A program made the position numbers and the translations under genes. The notes under the pieces were generated by a model that was given only the letters and a program-made list of their open reading frames with translations, ran no database searches and had not been told where the DNA came from. A DNA stretch of 25,398 nt from a virus (lineage: Duplodnaviria > Caudoviricetes). Shown here one piece after another: positions 7,430 to 15,770 of this stretch (within the stretch, counting starts at the first letter, position 1; each line of letters opens with the position of its first letter). Where the stretch lies: IMG/VR virus record IMGVR_UViG_3300014208_000122, positions 1 to 25,398 of that record. One strand, 5' to 3'.

Positions 7430-9274
7430 ATGGCAGTCGCATTTACCCGGCAATTAGGCGCTGAAGCTGGCGTACAGCTAAACCCGTTACGCGATAACTC
7501 GGAGATACCCACACTTGATAACTCAGATCAGGTGTTCGGCATCATGATGAGAGCAACGCGCGGACGGATCGATAAACCATTTAAAGTCAATCGCGGCAAT
7601 GTTTTAAGAAAACTTGGCCCCGGTGAACAAATCAGAGTGCTTGCGCTCAATGAAGCCTGGGTGCATGTAGTCGAAGCGTTAAACAATGGCGCTTATGAAG
7701 CCGTTGTGCAACGTCTAGCTACCGATGCGGCGGTGACAAGTTATGCAGTAGCTTACGTGGGGTCTGGGGCGGTACTTGACGTTACGGTAGTGTCTGGTGC
7801 TGTTACGGCGGTGGCGGTAACGGCTGGCGGCACAGGTTATGTTACAGGTATGCCGGTTACGTTTACCGGCCTTGGCAGCGGCGCTACGGCAACAATTACG
7901 GCAGCGGCGGGGGTTATTACGGCGGTTACAGTTAATGCAGGCGGTACGGGTTACACTTCCGCACCTACGGCAACGATGCAAACACCCGCGTTTGGCGTAT
8001 CTTCGGTAACACCAGCAACACCTTATCTGTTCTCAATCAAGCATCTTGAATGCTTTAATGACGGTATCAAAGTGGCGTTCAGAGCGGAAGAAAAACGCTC
8101 AAGCGGCGCATCGGTAGCCAATGAAATGATTACCGTTCAGATCAAGGACAAAAAAGACCTGGTTCTCTACGAATTTTACGGCTCTCTTGATCCTGATTCG
8201 GTCGATGACTTCGGCAACTCTTCTTATCTGCCATCTATCATATCCGCACAAACTGATGCGGTTGAAATGACGGTCGGTGCTACAACTGAAATTGCTACAA
8301 CGTCAACTGCTTACGGATACGATGCTAACGGCTTGCCACAATGGGCTAAGTCTGCAACATTGATATGCTTTGATGAAGGTGGCACGTCCTACACGACTGA
8401 AGATTACGCGGCGGCGCGGGTAAAATTGCAATTGACCCCGTTCAACTATGCCTATATCAGTTCTGGCGGCTCTCAATCGGCGGCAGTGGTATCTCAATTG
8501 GTACAACTGGCTTACGACACCAATAGACAGCTTAGGCTGGATATTCCAGGCAGCTTAACACCCGATGCGGCTATCACGTTCATTGAGGCGCTTAACCTGG
8601 GTGGCAATGTCAACAGTTCACATTTGATTCATACCTTTTGGGCACCGTTGAAAACGCTTGATCCTACTGGCTTAAACGGTAAAGGCTTTATCGGCTTGGC
8701 TACGCTGAATATCGCTTATGCCTGCGCTCGAAACGCTCAAACCAATGCTAAGGGCTTCGCTCCAAAGCAATATGTGATTGCAGGCCGTCAATGGCCGATC
8801 AATCGCATGAGAGTCACGCAAACTTACAGCCCATCCGATCAGGAATTTAACGCACTGGCAAGGGCTAAAATCAACCCTATCCTGTGGGAAGAATACACAG
8901 GTGGCGGGCGTTATGTTTTCCGTGACTCATTGACAAGCGCATTAGTTGATTCCAGTCTTAAAAAACTGATTTCAGTAGCAGATATGTCAACCAGTATGGA
9001 CGAGCATGTTACACGGTTTGGCAAAGACGTGTTGCAATTGCCGATGATGGTTGCAGTTCGCAAGATGAAAGACTTTTTGAAGATATTGTTTGAGGATGCA
9101 GAAGCAAGCGGCTGGCTGGTTCCATCGACTGATCCGTTTATGGAAGGCAAGTCAAACAAGTTCACTGTGGCACCTAATGAAGTCAGACCGATGGATAGAT
9201 TAGATGTTAGTTACTGGTTAAGGTATGATGGCACTGTAAGGCAGATATTTGTTACTCAGGTGCTTAGCAAATAA
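7430..9274 (+). CDS. Contractile tail sheath protein (P1 gp22-like)
   Basis: 614 aa; sheath-type C-terminus (LARAKINPI, FRDSLT, GWLV, DRLDVSYWLRYDGTVRQI); contains an inserted GGTGY repeat domain. Confidence 0.8.
   Translation: MAVAFTRQLGAEAGVQLNPLRDNSEIPTLDNSDQVFGIMMRATRGRIDKPFKVNRGNVLRKLGPGEQIRVLALNEAWVHVVEALNNGAYEAVVQRLATDAAVTSYAVAYVGSGAVLDVTVVSGAVTAVAVTAGGTGYVTGMPVTFTGLGSGATATITAAAGVITAVTVNAGGTGYTSAPTATMQTPAFGVSSVTPATPYLFSIKHLECFNDGIKVAFRAEEKRSSGASVANEMITVQIKDKKDLVLYEFYGSLDPDSVDDFGNSSYLPSIISAQTDAVEMTVGATTEIATTSTAYGYDANGLPQWAKSATLICFDEGGTSYTTEDYAAARVKLQLTPFNYAYISSGGSQSAAVVSQLVQLAYDTNRQLRLDIPGSLTPDAAITFIEALNLGGNVNSSHLIHTFWAPLKTLDPTGLNGKGFIGLATLNIAYACARNAQTNAKGFAPKQYVIAGRQWPINRMRVTQTYSPSDQEFNALARAKINPILWEEYTGGGRYVFRDSLTSALVDSSLKKLISVADMSTSMDEHVTRFGKDVLQLPMMVAVRKMKDFLKILFEDAEASGWLVPSTDPFMEGKSNKFTVAPNEVRPMDRLDVSYWLRYDGTVRQIFVTQVLSK
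7760..7975 (+). repeat. Two degenerate tandem GSGA...VTAV.V.AGGTGY repeats (inserted domain in the sheath)
   Basis: GSGAVLDVTVVSGAVTAVAVTAGGTGY and GSGATATITAAAGVITAVTVNAGGTGY; visibly more GC-rich than the flanks. Confidence 0.7.
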
Positions 9275-9292
9275 TATTACTAAGGTATAAAA

Positions 9293-10123
9293 CTAAGCTG
9301 CACTGACTAATATCGGTGTAGCTTTTTCTTCCGTTAAATATTCGCATTTCCAGCCTTTGTAACTTTTCATTTTTCCTGTAGCTATAGAAGCCATATGTCC
9401 TGCATGTAAATTGTTTTCTCTGCAAAACAGTTTAATACCTTTCACAACTATTTTTTCGTTGTTTGGGTTTGTAACTAAATAGCTTTTTCTTTTTTTATCT
9501 GAGGATTTTTCTATTACTTCTTTGGTTTGCCTGTGTCCCATTAGGGCGGCGCTTAAGTTTGCTCTATGCGTATCACTAAAAACTTTATTTTTACCAGCAA
9601 TACTCATTTTTTCCTTTGTTTCGGTACTATGTTGTTTCCCTAGCATTGGTGATATTCGACCTTTTTGACCCGCTCCAATTTTTGCCTTGTGTTCATCGCT
9701 AAGTTTTATCCCTGATTTTGTGACCCTCATTCTCTCGATGGCTTCTGGCGGAAGCCTCCATCCTTTATGAAATTTTCTAATTCTTTCTTTTGCATCTTCG
9801 CTATGCTTAAACCCTACTACGCCCTCGCCACCATCAGTCATATTAGTAAGAGTTACCCCCATGCGGCGCAATGATGAAATCATTAATATTTCCATTTTCT
9901 TTGCATGGTCATCTGATTCGCATTTTAATATTTTAACGACAATATTTTCAGGCCCATATTTTTTGACTATACGTTGATGATATTTGTTTCTACCTTTCTC
10001 TGCACTCATTTGGTTAGCACGTCTACCACATCCTTTACCTACATAAAAAACACCGAAAACATCAGTTGTGTTAGGTCTTAAATGTAGGTAAACATAATAA
10101 GTCTTTTGAACTTTATTGTTCAT
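9293..10123 (-). CDS. Free-standing GIY-YIG-family homing endonuclease with NUMOD3 repeats
   Basis: YYVYLH...FYVGKG...RR motif, E...I and LTN(MTDGGEG); repeats KHSEDAKERIR, KLSDEHKAKIG, GKQHSTETKEKMS; AT-rich; only credible minus-strand gene. Confidence 0.85.
   Translation of the reverse strand: MNNKVQKTYYVYLHLRPNTTDVFGVFYVGKGCGRRANQMSAEKGRNKYHQRIVKKYGPENIVVKILKCESDDHAKKMEILMISSLRRMGVTLTNMTDGGEGVVGFKHSEDAKERIRKFHKGWRLPPEAIERMRVTKSGIKLSDEHKAKIGAGQKGRISPMLGKQHSTETKEKMSIAGKNKVFSDTHRANLSAALMGHRQTKEVIEKSSDKKRKSYLVTNPNNEKIVVKGIKLFCRENNLHAGHMASIATGKMKSYKGWKCEYLTEEKATPILVSAA
9296..9330 (+). terminator. Rho-independent terminator of the capsid-sheath operon, embedded in the 3' end of the antisense endonuclease gene
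   Basis: AGCTGCACTGA-CTAATA-TCGGTGTAGCT 11-bp stem with two G-U pairs, followed by TTTTCTT. Confidence 0.65.
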
Positions 10124-10144
10124 CTTAATAATTAGATAGGATTA

Positions 10145-10184
10145 GGAAAATTAGGTAAATATTGTTTAAGCGCAAGTATATCAT
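10145..10184 (+). promoter_or_regulatory. Putative phage late promoter, copy 4
   Basis: TAGGAAAA (GG at 10145), GGTAAA, and TATCAT at 10179-10184 (34 nt). Confidence 0.55.
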
Positions 10185-10256
10185 CTAAGTAGATTAAACA
10201 CAATCCTATGTAGATCAACGTATTTAACACCTAAAGCCTTAATTGGAGAACACAAA

Positions 10257-10949
10257 ATGAGTACCTTAACTGAATTGATGCGCACAGCATTGGCTCAACC
10301 TAGAATAGTAAAACAGGCTGTGGCATTGGATGATGCGACGTTTGATGGTGTTGAATCCGGCGATTCTTACACCGAGACTGATATTAAACTTAAAACGGCG
10401 GCAGCTATCAGCCAGTGGACGGAGACGGATGATCTTGACGATGGCGAAACTCTTGCTGATCGTTTATTGGCGTTAATCGTTGGCATTGCCGATGCTAACA
10501 AAGACGGTGATATAACCGACGACGAGCAAGGTGTACTCGACCTAGCACTCAACGATGCCTGGGACTACTTCACTAAGTATGGTGTTGACGATGCCGATGC
10601 TGGAGCTTTGCTGAACGATTGGGACGCTGATGCGGCTGATAGAATCCGTGATCTTATTGCCTCTTCATTGGGTGATGGCGATACCGAGATTGATGCGTTT
10701 GCCTTTGGTGATAGCGATCAGGAAGCCATGATGGATGATGCTACTTTAGATGCGGTATATAAGAAGCGTCTAGTCGTCCGTGGTGGAAAGAAGGTTCGCA
10801 TTAATAAGCGTATATCAGGACACGTTAGATTGTCTGCTAAACAAAAAATTAGCGTAAAAAAAATGCAAATGAAATCGCATCGCGCAGGAGCTATGATGCA
10901 CCGTCTAAAATCAAACAAGCTGCGTCAAAGATTGGGCATGAACAAATAA
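10257..10949 (+). CDS. Prohead core/morphogenetic protein (P1 PmgS-like C-terminus, T4 gp68-like basic tail)
   Basis: Very acidic N-terminal two-thirds, then a highly basic tail YKKRLVVRGGKKVRINKR...RLSAKQK...RLKSNKLRQRLG; RBS GGAG. Confidence 0.65.
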   Translation: MSTLTELMRTALAQPRIVKQAVALDDATFDGVESGDSYTETDIKLKTAAAISQWTETDDLDDGETLADRLLALIVGIADANKDGDITDDEQGVLDLALNDAWDYFTKYGVDDADAGALLNDWDADAADRIRDLIASSLGDGDTEIDAFAFGDSDQEAMMDDATLDAVYKKRLVVRGGKKVRINKRISGHVRLSAKQKISVKKMQMKSHRAGAMMHRLKSNKLRQRLGMNK

Positions 10950-11672
10950 GTGGCTGAACAACTTTTAACATCAATATGGACGGGGCTATCGCCAAAACTG
11001 ATAGCCTCGTTTTGGCAAGTAGACAGGGGAGGTAACAGATTACCAGACGGTAATACTGTGCAGGCTCCTTTAATCAATGATCCAACTATTGACATCCAGC
11101 AGAACTGGCAAAGCCCTTTCGAGAATGTAGGACAGTCCAGTTTGCCCACATTACAGCAAATGTTGCAAAGTGGCGCTCTACAACCACTTTCAAAGATTAT
11201 CGATAAAAATACCGGATCATCGTTTTCAAGCGCAGCGGCGGCGGTAGAAGGCCGGTCATCGGTCACAAAGTTAAACTCTATCCAGATATGGTCAGGCTCC
11301 CCCCCGTTAAAAATGACTTTAACGGCGCTATTCAGGGCATGGAAAGACCCGGTTAGCGAAGTTATCAACCCGGCTGATGAACTGGTCAAATGGTGCCTTC
11401 CTAAGCTCCTCCAGGGTGATGTGACTATCTTAAGCAAGGCATTGTCGGGCGATATTGATAGCACTACGGCATTTCCCTCCGAAACACCTGTACTTGTTGC
11501 CATGAACTATAAAAACAGGTCATATGCGCCTCTAGTTATCGAATCCCTAAGCTTTCCATTGGGTGGCCCTGTAGATATTCAAGGCAACTTCACAGAACTT
11601 GCAATAGCTATGACACTATGCTCAATAACAAGCATAGATCGGGGCGATTGGGTTAAGTATTCTCAGAATTAG
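10950..11672 (+). CDS. Tail/baseplate structural protein (P1 gp24-like)
   Basis: GTG start directly after the upstream TAA; NWQSPFEN, QIWSGSPPL.MTLT..FRA and PLVIESLSFPL.GP.D motifs of tube-initiator-type proteins. Confidence 0.55.
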   Translation: MAEQLLTSIWTGLSPKLIASFWQVDRGGNRLPDGNTVQAPLINDPTIDIQQNWQSPFENVGQSSLPTLQQMLQSGALQPLSKIIDKNTGSSFSSAAAAVEGRSSVTKLNSIQIWSGSPPLKMTLTALFRAWKDPVSEVINPADELVKWCLPKLLQGDVTILSKALSGDIDSTTAFPSETPVLVAMNYKNRSYAPLVIESLSFPLGGPVDIQGNFTELAIAMTLCSITSIDRGDWVKYSQN

Positions 11673-11711
11673 GAAAAGAGCGGTAAATACAGGCATTAAA
11701 TAGCCGATAAT
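11672..11711 (+). promoter_or_regulatory. Putative phage late promoter, copy 5
   Basis: TAGGAAAAGAGCGGTAAA and GATAAT at 11706-11711 (34 nt). Confidence 0.7.
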
Positions 11712-11741
11712 TTGTCAAACTAACCCGACAAGGTATTTCTT

Positions 11742-12482
11742 TTGAAGCACTTCCCCCCGCTTAGGACACGAAGATTAACCGTACAACTCAAAGAGTTAAG
11801 TATCGGTGAATCTATAAAACTGGCATCAATCCCAATCCATTTAAACGAGGCCGCAAGTTCTGAGTTCCTTAAATACGCTGTGGCATCGGTTTCCGGCGTG
11901 GAAAACATAGCGGATTGGACTGTGCAAGAGCGCACCTTGGTTGTTGCGCATTATTTGGCATCGGTAGTTGAGGACGGCCCTGACTTCTCATTAGGGCAGG
12001 GCAAATATTCCGACTACCTGAATGGCGCTAAAGACATCAACAAGGATTTTAAGCCTATCGACCTGGGCAGCGTGGGCGGCGATCAGTGGAGCTTGACACA
12101 TCTTACCGTGCGCATGGCCGAAGCTATTGAACGCTTACAAGGTGAACTTGAGTTACCGGCAAGACTACACTGGCTGATTGGCGGCATGGCGGCGCAACTG
12201 ATACGCAAGGGTGAAAACATACAAAACCTGGATACCGAAGGCAGCTATGACGAATGGCTGTTAAACCGTATCAAGGTTTTTTCTGCGTTCCCTGAGTCAG
12301 ATTTCGAAGCGTTAATGATTCTGTACCAGTCAAACAGGGAACAGCTTAACCACTTATTTACCATAGCGTTTGACGACTCTGGCATCATCACATTACCAAA
12401 GGAGTCGGACAGCACCTTGCCTCCGGCCCGATTTCCGGTTCGTTCCGGCCTCTCAAGAATGGCGCTCGCGCTGGCAGGATGA
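11742..12482 (+). CDS. Tail/baseplate hub assembly chaperone (P1 PmgC/gp7-like)
   Basis: TTG start with AAGGT RBS; FPPL...V.LKELSI.E.I and WTVQER motifs recall P1 PmgC-type proteins. Confidence 0.55.
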   Translation: MKHFPPLRTRRLTVQLKELSIGESIKLASIPIHLNEAASSEFLKYAVASVSGVENIADWTVQERTLVVAHYLASVVEDGPDFSLGQGKYSDYLNGAKDINKDFKPIDLGSVGGDQWSLTHLTVRMAEAIERLQGELELPARLHWLIGGMAAQLIRKGENIQNLDTEGSYDEWLLNRIKVFSAFPESDFEALMILYQSNREQLNHLFTIAFDDSGIITLPKESDSTLPPARFPVRSGLSRMALALAG

Positions 12483-12483
12483 C

Positions 12484-12705
12484 ATGCTTAACCTGGCGGC
12501 AAGCATTACGCTGTATTCAGCGACATCGATTAATGACGCGCTAGAACTGCCGGTCAGTATCGCTACCAAGATATTCGAGAGCAAATCATTCGATGGCTGG
12601 AAGAAGTCAAGGGAATCTGATGCTAAAACTCAGGCGGCTATTGTGAATAGGCTGAATGAAGTCATTCGAGGCATAGGCATACTGGCTAAAGGTAGGCGGT
12701 TTTAA
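12484..12705 (+). CDS. Small tail-assembly protein (73 aa from ATG 12484), or the +1 frameshift extension of the upstream chaperone
   Basis: ATG 1 nt after the upstream TGA, with AGGA at 12476-79; the frame is open back to 12370; NLAASITLYSATSINDALELPVS resembles small gpE'/gp51-type chaperone tails. Confidence 0.6.
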   Translation: MLNLAASITLYSATSINDALELPVSIATKIFESKSFDGWKKSRESDAKTQAAIVNRLNEVIRGIGILAKGRRF

Positions 12706-12719
12706 TGGCTATTTTAAAA

Positions 12720-12796
12720 TGCGAAGGGATGGTATCAGCATCCCCTCGCAAATCCAAGTTTCAACAATAGTTTTGAGACGCTTATTAAATCTTGGA
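12720..12796. other. Two stem-loops in the leader of the lysis cassette
   Basis: TGCGAAGGGATG/CATCCCCTCGCA (11 of 12 paired, 12720-12750); TCCAAG/CTTGGA (12753-12796) enclosing GTTTCAA/TTGAGAC. Confidence 0.5.
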
Positions 12797-12809
12797 CGCA
12801 TAGTATACG

Positions 12810-13232
12810 ATGGAATCAAATAAATTGGCAATTTTAGAGATGCGTGTTGGCTCACTTGAGCAATCACATTCAGAGAGTGCAGTAAAAATCAATACGCTAG
12901 TTGAGTCAGTCAACACATTAACTTTGAACCTGTCGGTGTTGATAGCAAAAATAGACTCAGGGTTAAGATCAATGATTTTTTTCGCTGGCGTGGTGGTTGT
13001 GATTATAGGAGCTTTCTTCAGCTATCAGGCATATCAAGATTCACGTTACGTGCAAATTAATTCAGAGCAGCATTTGCAGATTGAAAAAAATACCGCATCG
13101 GTAGCTAAACAAGGAATTAATAATACTGAACAGGAATCCAGGCTGGATTCAATAGACAGTGATATTGACGAGATACATAACAAAAAGGTTTTCAATGCGT
13201 CGAAAGACGTTTCCCCGGCGCATGGCCGGTAA
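12810..13232 (+). CDS. Single-pass membrane protein, putative holin/antiholin (XhlA-like coiled coil + TM)
   Basis: N-terminal coiled coil, TM segment MIFFAGVVVVIIGAFFSY; first gene of the lysis cluster. Confidence 0.5.
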   Translation: MESNKLAILEMRVGSLEQSHSESAVKINTLVESVNTLTLNLSVLIAKIDSGLRSMIFFAGVVVVIIGAFFSYQAYQDSRYVQINSEQHLQIEKNTASVAKQGINNTEQESRLDSIDSDIDEIHNKKVFNASKDVSPAHGR

Positions 13233-13254
13233 TTATTCCAAAGGTAAATCTATC

Positions 13255-13503
13255 ATGGAACCTGTAACTACAACAATATTAACAGCAACAACCGCCATTA
13301 ATGCTTTTTCTGCCATGATTACTGCGCTAACGGGGTTGTTGGCTACTGCCGTGACAGGGTTTGCCGGTGTGGTGGCCGCTTGTTCGGTTATCGCAAAGTA
13401 CCTGCCGCCTCCCGAAAATGGAAAATACAATGGCGTGTATAAATGGGTCAACAAGCTGGCGTTTAACTCCGGCCATGCGGCTAATAAAGAAGGTATTCAG
13501 TAA
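13255..13503 (+). CDS. Putative holin
   Basis: Likely start ATG 13255 after AAGGT; long hydrophobic stretch followed by P-rich turn and Y.WVN.LA.N.GHA.N C-terminus; directly upstream of the spanins. Confidence 0.6.
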   Translation: MEPVTTTILTATTAINAFSAMITALTGLLATAVTGFAGVVAACSVIAKYLPPPENGKYNGVYKWVNKLAFNSGHAANKEGIQ

Positions 13504-13994
13504 TGCTGCCCATCCCTCCCACAGCGTATATCATTGCCGCCGCGCTGGTTTTGGGCTTAGGTCTCGGCGCTGGCGCTACTTATAAAATCCAGCGTGGTAA
13601 TGTGCTGGCCCTTGAGTTAGCCATAGCAACCGCTAACTCTCAGGCCGATGCAGTTATGTCAACTGCAAAAGAAGATGTCGCCAAGGCCGAAAATAAGGCC
13701 GTATTAGCTAATAAGGAGCTAGATGATGCACAAAGTAAATTTGTTGAAACTGTTAATTCTTACGATAAGCAGCTTGATACTATTAAGCTGTACTCCAACT
13801 ATAAGGCCAGTTGTCCAGACTCCTTGTCAGCAAGTGATACTGCCAGAATTTCTAAAGAAGCCTCCAGTTATGCCGAATATGCAGAAAACCTTGATAGAGT
13901 TATCAAAGAAAAGGCTGCAATAGCTGATGAAGCAGCTGAATATGCTATGAACGCATATAAGTTTGCTTATGGTCTATGTGGTACAAAGAAATGA
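13503..13994 (+). CDS. Rz: Inner-membrane spanin (Rz-like)
   Basis: N-terminal TM, Ala-rich coiled coil, C-terminal Cys; hosts an embedded lipoprotein gene. Confidence 0.75.
   Translation: MLPIPPTAYIIAAALVLGLGLGAGATYKIQRGNVLALELAIATANSQADAVMSTAKEDVAKAENKAVLANKELDDAQSKFVETVNSYDKQLDTIKLYSNYKASCPDSLSASDTARISKEASSYAEYAENLDRVIKEKAAIADEAAEYAMNAYKFAYGLCGTKK
13723..13923 (+). CDS. Rz1: Outer-membrane spanin lipoprotein (Rz1-like), embedded in the +1 frame
   Basis: RBS AAGGAG at 13713-18; signal peptide with lipobox LLSC; Pro-rich mature part. Confidence 0.8.
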   Translation: MMHKVNLLKLLILTISSLILLSCTPTIRPVVQTPCQQVILPEFLKKPPVMPNMQKTLIELSKKRLQ

Positions 13995-14611
13995 ACAATT
14001 ATTGCATTTATAAACATACATCACCGAGTGGTAAAAGTTATATTGGGCAGACTAAAGACCTAGATAAAAGAGAAATGCTGCATAAAAGTGAGCATAGTAA
14101 TTGTACTTTTTTCCACAGGGCAATTATAAAGTATGGATGGGATAATTTTAAGCATGAAATCATTGAAAATAATTTAACATTAGACCAGGCAAATGAAAAA
14201 GAACAATCCTATATTATTGCTTTTAATACATTAAGCCCAAATGGGTATAATTTAACAACTGGTGGATTAAATAGAAAGGTATCAAAAGAAACTGTGCTAA
14301 AAATTAGTATGGCTAACACGGGCAGGAAACGATCTATCGAAACCAAGCAGAAAATAAGTGCAGCACTTTCTGGAAAGCCTAAAACAAAGGAGCATATAAA
14401 AAAAATAATTGAATCACGATCAAGTTATCGTCCCACTGATTATACTAAAAAATTGATTAGAGACTTCCATATAGGTAAGCCAAAAACTGAGGAGCATAAG
14501 AGAAAAATTAGCGCGTCTAGGAAAGGTCAGCGTCCTACTAGGGAGTCTATAGAGAAATCATTGGCTACACGTAAAATGTTGAAACAACAAAACTGCGGTA
14601 TAGCGCCATGA
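13991..14611 (+). CDS. Free-standing GIY-YIG (Seg-like) homing endonuclease with NUMOD3-like repeats
   Basis: CIYKHTSPSGKSYIGQT...R...H, E...I and GYNLTTGG motifs; repeats SKETVLKIS, SIETKQKIS, KPKTEEHKRKIS. Likely start ATG 13991; ATGA overlaps at both ends. Confidence 0.9.
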   Translation: MNNYCIYKHTSPSGKSYIGQTKDLDKREMLHKSEHSNCTFFHRAIIKYGWDNFKHEIIENNLTLDQANEKEQSYIIAFNTLSPNGYNLTTGGLNRKVSKETVLKISMANTGRKRSIETKQKISAALSGKPKTKEHIKKIIESRSSYRPTDYTKKLIRDFHIGKPKTEEHKRKISASRKGQRPTRESIEKSLATRKMLKQQNCGIAP

Positions 14612-15162
14612 TAACACTGGGCCAACTCACTTTAATAATTCCTAATGCTGGCAATAGAAAGCGTAGGGAATTTCTGGAACCGTTAAACGCGGCCATGCAA
14701 GAATTTGATATTAACACGCCATTGCGGGAGGCGGCATTTATCGCTCAAATAGCGCATGAGAGTTGCAGCCTGGTTTACATGAAAGAAATCGCAAATGGCT
14801 CTGCTTATGATAATCGCCGTGACTTGGGTAATACAAGGCCAGAAGCAATACGCATTGCCAAAGAGCACGGCATGACTGCGGGCAGATGGTGGAAAGGTCA
14901 TGGCCCTTTGCAAATTACTGGGTATGACAATCATAAAAAGTGTGGTGAAGCGTTAGGGTTGGACTTATTGAACAATCCTGGCTTGATAACACTGCCTAAA
15001 GACGGTTGCCGTTCGGCTGCTTGGTTTTGGAAAACTCACGGATTGAATGAATTAGCCGATAAAGAACTTTTTAGCCAAATTACTAAGGTTATCAACGGCG
15101 GCGTCAATGGCGCAAGGGAACGCTTGCAGTTCTATCACACGGCAAGGCATGTTTTGAAATAG
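14608..15162 (+). CDS. Glycoside hydrolase family 19 (chitinase-like) endolysin
   Basis: AAFIAQIAHES, KGHGPLQITG..N, SAAWFW and ITKVINGG.NG..ER motifs. Confidence 0.9.
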   Translation: MITLGQLTLIIPNAGNRKRREFLEPLNAAMQEFDINTPLREAAFIAQIAHESCSLVYMKEIANGSAYDNRRDLGNTRPEAIRIAKEHGMTAGRWWKGHGPLQITGYDNHKKCGEALGLDLLNNPGLITLPKDGCRSAAWFWKTHGLNELADKELFSQITKVINGGVNGARERLQFYHTARHVLK

Positions 15163-15201
15163 GAAAACGGCGGTAAAAGACGCAATTAATACCCTTAATA
15201 T
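15162..15201 (+). promoter_or_regulatory. Putative phage late promoter, copy 6
   Basis: TAGGAAAACGGCGGTAAA and TAATAT at 15196-15201 (34 nt). Confidence 0.7.
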
Positions 15202-15234
15202 GTTCCATATCACTACCTAAACCGGACACCAGCA

Positions 15235-15735
15235 ATGACTATCAGCAATGCCGCTTACCTAAAAACATTTTTCGACGGAACCAAAGCACTTGGCGCTAAA
15301 GTCATATCTAGTGATTTTACGCTGGAAATTGAAGGCTTTGAATCAAATTACCTGTTGGCTAAACAATGCCCCTGGCCCGATGTCAGTTCAGCCGGTGAAA
15401 TTGAAGTTTCAATGCCGCTCGGATCGGCCATGTGGGAAGCACAACAGATCAAAACCAATCATCAGGGTGCTATTACCTTGATGGAAACCGTAGCAGGCAG
15501 CATTGACAATATGCTGGTTGGCATTATCGCCAATGGCGGCAAATTCAATGCCAAGATTTACGAAGGAACACCCAACAAATTCCTGAGAGCAAAACGAATC
15601 GTTGACTGTTTCGTTCAAATTGACGACCCCGACCGTGATTGGGAAAACAGATCACAAATACTCTTATTCACTGGAACAATGTTCTTCCACTATTTTGGCG
15701 AGGTAATTCCGGGAAATACCGGCGATTACCGTTAA
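15235..15735 (+). CDS. Tail tube-like protein (P1 BplB-like)
   Basis: 166 aa; G.KVISSDFTL.IEG.E, EIEV..P.G, G.ITLMET..G.I and IVDC motifs match my recollection of P1 BplB. Confidence 0.65.
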   Translation: MTISNAAYLKTFFDGTKALGAKVISSDFTLEIEGFESNYLLAKQCPWPDVSSAGEIEVSMPLGSAMWEAQQIKTNHQGAITLMETVAGSIDNMLVGIIANGGKFNAKIYEGTPNKFLRAKRIVDCFVQIDDPDRDWENRSQILLFTGTMFFHYFGEVIPGNTGDYR

Positions 15736-15770
15736 TTTTTCTTTAATTCTAAACAAAAAGGCATTAACCC

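Noticed and set aside
9293-14611. Group I introns or inteins around the two endonucleases
   Set aside because: The flanking genes are complete, the spacers are too short for a ribozyme core, and no intein termini are visible; both endonucleases are free-standing.
15642-15680. Eighth promoter-like match inside the tube gene (GGAAAAC ... AACAAT at 33 nt)
   Set aside because: It lies in coding sequence, and a comparable chance match occurs at 22307; it cannot be told from background without TSS data.
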